DNA of 64,000 nucleotides from Phaeosaccion multiseriatum. Its lineage: Eukaryota > Protista > Ochrophyta, other classes. How positions within the stretch are numbered: the stretch's first letter is position 1; every line of letters starts with the position of its first letter. Position numbers and translations under genes: made by a program. Location of the stretch: the NCBI GenBank assembly GCA_965112735.1, contig OZ218965.1:248001-312000 (forward strand). Direction: 5' to 3'. Shown here piece after piece: positions 56,901 to 64,000 of this stretch. Under the pieces are notes generated by a model. The model saw only the letters and a program-made list of their open reading frames with translations. It did no database searches and was not told where the DNA came from.

Positions 56901-59900
56901 TCCTTTGCTGACACGCTCCTCGTTTGCTTCGCCCCTCTCTCCATCCCTCCCCATCCCTCTCCCTCCCCTCCGCCCCTCTCTTCATCCCTCTCCACATCTC
57001 TCCCTCCCCTCCTCCTTCCCTCTCTCCATCCCTCTCCTTCCCTCTCCCTCCCCCTCCATCCCTCATTCCATCCCTCTCCATTCTCTCCATCCCTCTCCCT
57101 CTCCCCCCCCCCCACCCCCAGCGTCTGATGTCCCGTAACCTTGACGAGGCGGTCTCGATCCGCCAAAACTCATCCCTCCTCCTGCAGCGCGGTGGGGACA
57201 TCTGGCTAGCGGACCTGGACTACTGCACTGCCGTCACACAGCAGCAAGTGGCCTGGGAGGATGTGAGTGCGGTGCTGTCGGGGCACTTTGATCGCATCAA
57301 AGAGCTCGAGCTCGCCAGGAGGTAAGGACGGGGGGGAGAGGGAGGGAGGAGGAGGAGGAGGAGGAGGAGAGGGAGGAGGAGGAGGAGGAGGAGGAGGAGG
57401 AGGAGGGAGGGAGGGAGGGAGGGAGGGAGGAGGGGGAGGAGGAAGAGGAGGAGGAGGAGGAGGAGAAGGAGGAGGAGAAGGAGGAGGAGAAGGAGGGGGG
57501 GGAGGAGGAGGGGGGAGGGAGGGGCGAGGGAAGACGGAAGAGGGAAGAGAGGCGTCTGTCGAACGTCCCTCTTTGAAGCTTTCTGCCTCGCGTGCGTCCC
57601 TCCCTCCCCTCCCTGATAAGTACCTGTGCTTGTGTCCGTCTTTCTGGCGGTCTGTCTGTGCCTGCCTCCCTGTCTATGTTTCCCTCCCTCCCCCCCTCCC
57701 ACCCTTCCTTCCTTCCTTCCTCCCTCCCCCCCTCCGTCCCTCCCCCCCTCCGTCCCTCCCCCCCTCCTCCCTCTCTCCCTCCCTCTTTCCCTCCCTCCCT
57801 CCCTCCCTCTCTCCTTCCCTCCCTCCCTCCCTCCTTCCCTCCCTCCCTCCCTCTCTCCCCCCTCCCTTCCTCCCTCCGTCCCCCTCCCTCCCTCTGCCCA
57901 GGTCTGCCATCAAGGAAGCTCTGACTCGCACTGTGAGTGGCCAGAACCAAATGATGCACCAACTGCCCGCACTCAACATCTCGGCCCTTGCCCTGCTCGG
58001 GGAGATTGACCTCAACCCAAGGGCGCTGGATGTGGAAATCAGGGGGAGGTGAGGGGAAGAGGATGGCAATGATGGCAGTGGATGGGGGGAGGGGAGGGAC
58101 GGTGGTGGATGGCAGTGGATGGGCGTGGGGAGTGGTAGGGGAGGGGAAGGATGAAAATGGATGCTGCTTTGCCTCACTTGCCTTGTCTGCTTTCCTTTCC
58201 TTTCCTTTGCTTCTCTTGTCCTTGTCCTTGGCCTTCGTCTCTACTTTGTCTCTATCGTCCTCGTCCTTGGCCTTCGTCTCTCTCCTTTTGCCGCTCTTGT
58301 TCTTCCTTGCCTTCGTCTCTACTTTGTCTCTATCGTCCTTGTCCTTGGTCTTCCTCTCTACTTTGTCTCTATCGTCCTTGTCCTTGGCCTTCATCTCTCT
58401 CCTTTTGCCGCTCTTGTTCTTCCTTGGTCTTCCTCTCTACTTTGTCTCTATCGTCCTTGTCCTTGGTCTTCCTCTCTACTTTGTCTCTATCGTCCTTGTC
58501 CTTGGTCTTCCTCTCTACTTTGTCTCTATCGTCCTTGTCCTTGGCCTTCGTCTCTACTTTGTCTCTATCGTCCTTGTCCTTGGTCTTCCTCTCTACTTTG
58601 TCTCTATCGTCCTTGTCCTTGGCCTTCGTCTCTCTCCTTTTGCCGCTCTTGTTCTTCCTTGCCTTTGTCTCTACTTTGTCTCTATCGTCCTTGTCCTTGG
58701 CCTTCGTCTCTACTTTGTCTCTATCGTCCTTGTCCTTGGTCTTCCTCTCTACTTTGTCTCTATCGTCCTTGTCCTTGGCCTTCGTCTCTACTTTGTCTCT
58801 ATCGTCCTTGTCCTTGGCCTTCGTCTCTCTCCTTTTGCCGCTCTTGTTCTTCCTTGCCTTTGTCTCTACTTTGTCTCTATCGTCCTTGTCCTTGGTCTTC
58901 CTCTCTACTTTGTCTCTATCGTCCTTGTCCTTGGTCTTCCTCTCTACTTTGTCTCTATCGTCCTTGTCCTTGGCCTTCGTCTCTCTCCTTTTGCCGCTCT
59001 TGTTCTTCCTTGCCTTTGTCTCTACTTTGTCTCTATCGTCCTTGTCCTTGGTCTTCCTCTCTACTTTGTCTCTATCGTCCTTGTCCTTGGTCTTCGTCTC
59101 TCTCCTTTTGCCGCTCTTGTTCTTCCTTGCCTTTGTCTCTACTTTGTCTCTATCGTCCTTGTCCTTGGTCTTCCTCTCTACTTTGTCTCTATCGTCCTTG
59201 TCCTTGGTCTTCCTCTCTACTTTGTCTCTATCGTCCTTGTCCTTGGCCTTCGTCTCTCTCCTTTTGCCGCTCTTGTTCTTCCTTGCCTTTGTCTCTACTT
59301 TGTCTCTATCGTCCTTGTCCTTGGTCTTCCTCTCTACTTTGTCTCTATCGTCCTTGTCCTTGGCCTTGGTTTCTCTCCTTGTCCTCGCAGGATGAACGCT
59401 GACATCACCGCCCACGCCACGCCCGTCCCGGTGAAGGCAGCAGCCAACCCCGGGGGGGCATCAGCATCCGGGGGCGGGGGGGAGGGGGGGCCGTCTGTGG
59501 AAGACAACCGATTCCTAGAGGAGATGCCGGTGCGTGTGCGTGCGTGTGCGTGTGTGTGCGTGTGTGCGTGTGTGTGCGTGCATACGTACGTCTGCCGCTC
59601 AGCATAGAGGGAGAGAGAGAGAGGAGCATCGGCGGCGCTGTCCCCGTATATACCCTTCTCAGTCTCTTTCTCTCTGTCACTTGTTCCCTTCTCTCTCTCT
59701 CTCACTTCTTCCCTTCTCTCTCTCCCTTACTCTCTCTCTCTCTTTCTCTCTCACTTCTTCCCTTCTCTCTCTCCCTTACTCTCTCTCTCTCCCTTTCTCT
59801 CTGTCACTTGTTCCCTTCTCTCTCTCCCTTACTCTCTCTCTCTCCCTTTCTCTCTGTCACTTGTTCCCTTCTCTCTCTCCCTTACTCTCTCTCTCTCCCT

Positions 59901-60689
59901 TTCTCTCTGTCACTTGTTCCCTACTATCTCTCTCTCCCTTCTCTCTCTCTCTCTCTCTCACCCCCCTCTCTCTTCTCTTACCTTTCTCCCTGCCTATCCC
60001 TCACTCTCGTATCCCTTTTCTCCATCCCCCTCCTCCTCCAAAGACAGCACTAACCAACCGTCTGCCAAACATCACCCTCCCGCCTCTTGTCCCCCTACCC
60101 CGCGCGTCCCACTCCCCCGTACATAGACCCCTCTAAACAACCCCTTGGTGCGATATCAAGGGCTGCTCGAGCGTAAGTCAACAGGCATGCTCACCAGCTG
60201 GACCTCGGTGCTCGCCCTGTTGACTTGTGATGGGTACCTCCACCTCTTCGCCCTTCCCAAGAGCGGCAGCAAGGGCAGCAGCAAGGCCATTGGGAAGGGC
60301 GGTGCCGCAGGAGGGGGAGCAGTTGGTGCTACAGGAAAGGCCGTAGCGCCGCCTCGACGACGCTCCGACGCCTTTGCAGAGATGGTACCCGACATAGACA
60401 CCGCAGCGGCCTTCAAGAAGAAGGCAAGCAGGGCAAGGGGCAGGAGCATTGCATAGGACAGGGGAAGGGCCATTGCATAGGACTGGGGCAGGGAAATGGC
60501 TTGGGTCAGGGGCAGGGGCATTGCATAGGACAGGGGCAGGGGCATTGCATAGGACAGGGGCAGGGGCATTGCATGGGACAGGGGCAGGGGCATTGCATAG
60601 GACTGGGGCGGGAGTCTGTCTGTCGTGGGTCGTGTGTATGTGTACGGGTATGGCCCAGAGAGTCACGAGAAGTAGTACCAGCTCTACGC

Positions 60690-60725
<36 letters not shown>

Positions 60726-62059
60726 GTGTGGGTGTGTGCGTGTGGGTGCGTGTGTGTGCACGTCGTGTGTGTGCCTGTGCGTCTGTGCCCTCCTCTTACC
60801 ACCCATCCACTGCCGTCCACTGCCATCCACTGCCATCCACTGCCATCCACTGCCCCCCCCCCCAGGACGAGTCGCAGGCGCACGTGGTGCCGTTGCTCTC
60901 TCTGGACTTGGCGGACAGTCACGCCTTCCCCGTGGAGAGCAAGAAGAAGGGCGCCGCATTCGAGGTGCACGAAATCAAGGTGTGTGTAAGAATATATGTC
61001 AGTGGAGAACACCCAACGGTTTCCCCTCCTGCATTTGTCAATAGGGGCACTGGCACGTCTCGCAAGGGTGGGGCCTGTCTGTGTTTGTGTTTGTGTCAGT
61101 GTCTTATCTCACTTGTTTGAGTTTGAGTGTCTTTGTCCTCGTCTTTTGTCTGCACGCTTGTGGGCCGATGCGTGCGTCTCTTTCTATGTGGGTTTCTCTC
61201 TCTGTCTCTGTCTCTTGTCTCTGCGTCTGCGTCGATGTGTGTGTCTCTCCGTCTGTGTCGCTGACCACACGCCGCCTGCCATCCCCTGCCATCCCCTGCC
61301 ATCCCCTGCCATCCCCTGCCATCCCCTGCTACCCCCTGCCATCCCCTGCCATTACCCTGCCATCCCTTGCCATCCCCTGCCATCCCCTGCCATCCCTTGC
61401 CATCCCCTGCCATCCCCAGCACAACACCGGCGTCAAAAGCGTGTTCTCGTCCACCTCCACCAACAAGGTCACCCTCCGGGCCAACAGCCCCGACGAGATG
61501 GTGGAGTGGGTGTGCAAGCTAAAGGTCAGTCAATCAGTCAGTCAGTCAATCAATCAGTCAGTCAGTCAGTCAGTCAGTCAGTCAGTCAGCCCTTAGTCGG
61601 GCGTTAGGCAGGTATTTTGTGTCGTTTGACTCTCCCATTGAGCTCGCTCTCTCCTCCTTGTCCTTCTCCTCCTCCTCCTCCTCGTCCTTCTCCTCCTCCT
61701 CCTCCTCGTCCTCCTCCTCCTCCTCCCCCTCCCCCTCCTCCTCCTCCTCCTCCTCCTCTTCCTCCTCCTCCTCCTCCTCCTCCTCCTCCTCCTCCTCCTC
61801 CTCCTCCTCCTCCTCCTCCTCCTCCTCCTCCTCCTCCTCCTCCTCCTCCTCCTCCTCCTCCTCCTCCTCCTCCTCCTCCTCCTCCTCCTCCTCCTCCTCC
61901 TCCTCCTCCTCCTCCTCCTCCTCCTCCTCCTCCTCCTCCTCCTCTTCCTCCTCCTCCTCCTCCTCCTCCTCCTCCTCCTCCTCATCCTCCTCCTCCTCCT
62001 AGGCGCTCGACGGAGCCACCGCCAGTGAGAGCAGCATCCGCCAGGCGCACTTCTCTTGA
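53971..62059 (+). CDS. Pro-rich N-terminus + BAR-like helical domain + PH domain (Slm1/Ask10-Rgc1-like), 11 exons (approx. 53971-54236, 54440-54572, 54991-55272, 55454-55564, 57122-57321, 57902-58048, 59391-59529, 60127-60423, 60866-60979, 61420-61524, 62003-62059)
   Basis: Helical region with DIWLADLDY...IKELELARR. PH domain YQGLLERKSTGMLTSWTSVLALLTCDGYLHLF...PLLSLDL...FEVHEIK...VTLRANSPDEMVEWV. Phases are consistent. Confidence 0.8.
55565..56925. repeat. Higher-order intronic repeat: seven copies of an ~80-bp cassette separated by variable numbers of 23-bp units
   Basis: Cassette anchors at 55781, 55933, 56131, 56306, 56527, 56702 and 56854. The spacings 152, 198, 175, 221, 175, 152 differ by multiples of 23 (ggcatatgggtaggcgtagggca). 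Confidence 0.93.
58215..59370. repeat. 39-bp pyrimidine-rich intronic minisatellite with two unit types
   Basis: gtccttgtccttggtcttcctctctactttgtctctatc and a ...ctctccttttgccgctcttgttcttcc variant, ~30 units in total. Confidence 0.93.
60430..60610. repeat. 24-bp minisatellite (GGGGCAGGGGCATTGCATAGGACA)n starting at an exon end
   Basis: About 7 imperfect copies. Confidence 0.85.
61665..62000. repeat. (CCT)n microsatellite abutting a 3' splice site; the equivalent (GAG)n run at 26480-26650 lies in the minus-strand LRR gene
   Basis: About 110 mostly perfect triplets ending at cctag|. Confidence 0.96.
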
Positions 62060-62524
62060 GGGGGGGGGTGTTATGTGCACTTACGTATTACTTACGTATT
62101 ACGCGCATTAGACGGCACAAGATGGGAGTCTTCGCAGTCGGTAGTCCATGCTCTGGTAGCAGCTTAGAAGCTTACTCCTCGTCTATATTACTGACTTATT
62201 GGCCCCAAAATAACAACACACGGGTACTTGCGCCAACTATTTAAAACTTAAAACTGTTTCCCCTTGTCCAAAAGCATGTACTTCCTAGTATTACCCTGCC
62301 CCCCTCCATCCACTGCCATCCCACCCTTGGGCGGTGCCCATCCACTGCCATCTCACCCTCTCGGGCGGTGTACATCCACTGCCATCCCCCTCCTCTCTTA
62401 TCCACTGCCATCCCACACCCTCTCGGGCGGTGTGCGCCCCTCCCCCCCCCCCTCCTCTCCCTTGGCGTCAAAAGAGAAACAGGCATACGGGCATACGGGC
62501 ATGGAAGCCCAAACCCAAACCGCG

Positions 62525-62643
<119 letters not shown>

Positions 62644-62717
62644 GAGTCTCTGTCTCTGTATCAGCGTGTCGCTAAACAAGGCTCTTCGTGATACGATACG
62701 AGCATCGGCACATTCTT

Positions 62718-64000
62718 TCACCGCCAGGTCCGGACCTTGCTGTTGCTCTTGCTCCTGCTCTTGCTCCTGCTGGATGATGACAATGATGAAGTCCCTCCAA
62801 CCCTCTTGCTCACCGGTCCCGACCCTCCCCTGCTCACCGGTCCCGACCCTCCCCTGCCTCTTCCTTTGGCGCCCTTCGCTCGACCCCCCTTCGCCTCCCC
62901 ACGGCCCCCCCCCTCCTCCTCCTCCTCCCCCTTCCCGTTCCCCTCCCCCCAGCTCTCCTGTGCGGTAGGTATCTGAAGTGGCTGGCTGCAGCGCGGACTG
63001 TGGCAGCCCTCCTCGTTAAGCGGCGGTTTCGAGTGCGCACGGGATGAGGCCGTCGAGATACGCACGCCATGACGGCCCCTGCTGTGGATGCGTGCGCGAG
63101 TGTGGCTGTTGGCGTTGCTGCGGGGGCTCTGCTTCTGCCCCCTCTTCAGCATCCGACGACGGCCAGTGCCCCCCCGGGGAGGAGAGTGTGAACGCTGCTG
63201 CCGCCGGTGCTGCTGGTGCTGCTCAATGGAGTGAAGCGAAGAGTCGACTCGGAGACCTGGAGATGCTGCAGGGGTGTCAGCCAGAGGGATATCAGCCAGA
63301 GGGGTCTCGCTCCTCGTCCTGCTCCTGCTGTCGACCCTATGTCGGGTTTCAGTGTCAGTGCCAGTGCTATGGACGTGCCGTCCCCTCCCCCTGCGTCCTC
63401 CGTTTCCTCCTTCACCACCCGCTGTATCACCAACTGCTGCTGCTGCGACCGCTGCTGGGGCTGCTGTATCACCAACTGCTGCCCCTCCCTTTCGTCTCTT
63501 TATTCGGGTGGCGGCGGTGAGGGTGACGGCAAAGCTGCTCCCCTGGGAGGCCGCAGCGGCAGCCGCAGGCATATGGGCAGGCCCCGCCCTATGCAACACC
63601 TCCGCCCCGCCCCTTCCCATGGCGGCCTTGGGCCGCACCCTCGTGCCCATATGACTGGTGTTGGTGTCAGGATCCCTGCCCCCGGGACTGCCCATATGCC
63701 TACCGCTGCCCCTGCCGCTACCGCCACTCGCTGTGCCCGCCGTGCCCTTGGGGAGTGGTACCGTCACTTGCAGACGCCGAGTGCCCCCACCCCGGGGGGC
63801 AGGAGAAGACTCGGTCCTCCCACTGGCACTCACACTGGCGGCACCTGCGCTACCCCCCCGGCGGTCCTTCGTCGTGGTCGTGGTGGTGGCCAGCACACCG
63901 CTCCCACGTCGGACGCTGCCGACCTGAGGAGGCTTTCTCCCGCCCCTATGACCCCTGCTGAGGTGCTGCTGTATCACCAACTGCTGCTGCTGCTGCTGGT
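62718..64000 (-). CDS. Partial (3') large exon of a low-complexity G/S/R/A-rich protein of unknown function
   Basis: Stop-free frame of >420 aa running off the window end, with coding-like composition and no recognisable domain. Confidence 0.5.
   Translation of the reverse strand, partial: QQQQQQLVIQQHLSRGHRGGRKPPQVGSVRRGSGVLATTTTTTKDRRGGSAGAASVSASGRTESSPAPRGGGTRRLQVTVPLPKGTAGTASGGSGRGSGRHMGSPGGRDPDTNTSHMGTRVRPKAAMGRGGAEVLHRAGPAHMPAAAAAASQGSSFAVTLTAATRIKRRKGGAAVGDTAAPAAVAAAAVGDTAGGEGGNGGRRGRGRHVHSTGTDTETRHRVDSRSRTRSETPLADIPLADTPAASPGLRVDSSLHSIEQHQQHRRQQRSHSPPRGGTGRRRMLKRGQKQSPRSNANSHTRARIHSRGRHGVRISTASSRAHSKPPLNEEGCHSPRCSQPLQIPTAQESWGEGNGKGEEEEEGGGRGEAKGGRAKGAKGRGRGGSGPVSRGGSGPVSKRVGGTSSLSSSSRSKSRSKSNSKVRTWR

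Noticed and set aside
55565-56925. CRISPR array
   Set aside because: The 'spacers' are near-identical copies, the array lies in a eukaryotic intron, and no cas genes are present.
57988-59607. 539-aa hydrophobic 'membrane protein' ORF
   Set aside because: A-poor repeat that lacks stops in all plus frames; it lies inside a phase-consistent intron of the BAR-PH gene.

Overview
Gene-dense eukaryotic DNA, probably a photosynthetic stramenopile (ochrophyte). This is an inference from a nuclear chlM and several signal-peptide + 'ASAF/TTAF/ALAF' bipartite plastid-targeting-like leaders. I traced 13 protein genes by hand through GT-AG (rarely GC-AG) splice sites: chlM (3' part), a coiled-coil + tandem-RWD kinetochore-like protein, DHX37/Dhr1, an intronless PPR-SMR protein, a ~27-exon WW-LRR-coiled-coil-WW protein, an intronless M41/VIR3-like metalloprotease, a class-I glutamine amidotransferase, a STIM-like EF-hand/SAM-FN3-TM-zinc-finger protein, a membrane-anchored prolyl-4-hydroxylase-like dioxygenase, two paralogous small MGNxES (myristoylation-type) genes flanking an intronless FNIP-repeat gene, a BAR-PH protein, and a partial low-complexity gene. 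Introns are filled with micro- and minisatellites, while promoter spacers are short and mostly repeat-free, so most ORFs in the supplied track are repeat artefacts. Main observations: (1) the STIM-like Ca2+-sensor architecture has a FYVE-like finger instead of an Orai-activating coiled coil; (2) an 11-bp word, GTATCACCAAC, occurs 16 times in exons, introns and UTRs; (3) a second motif is polarised relative to splice sites; (4) several minisatellites copy splice sites or stop codons; (5) the FNIP gene sits behind an apparently duplicated bidirectional promoter. All family assignments come from motif recognition, not database searches.
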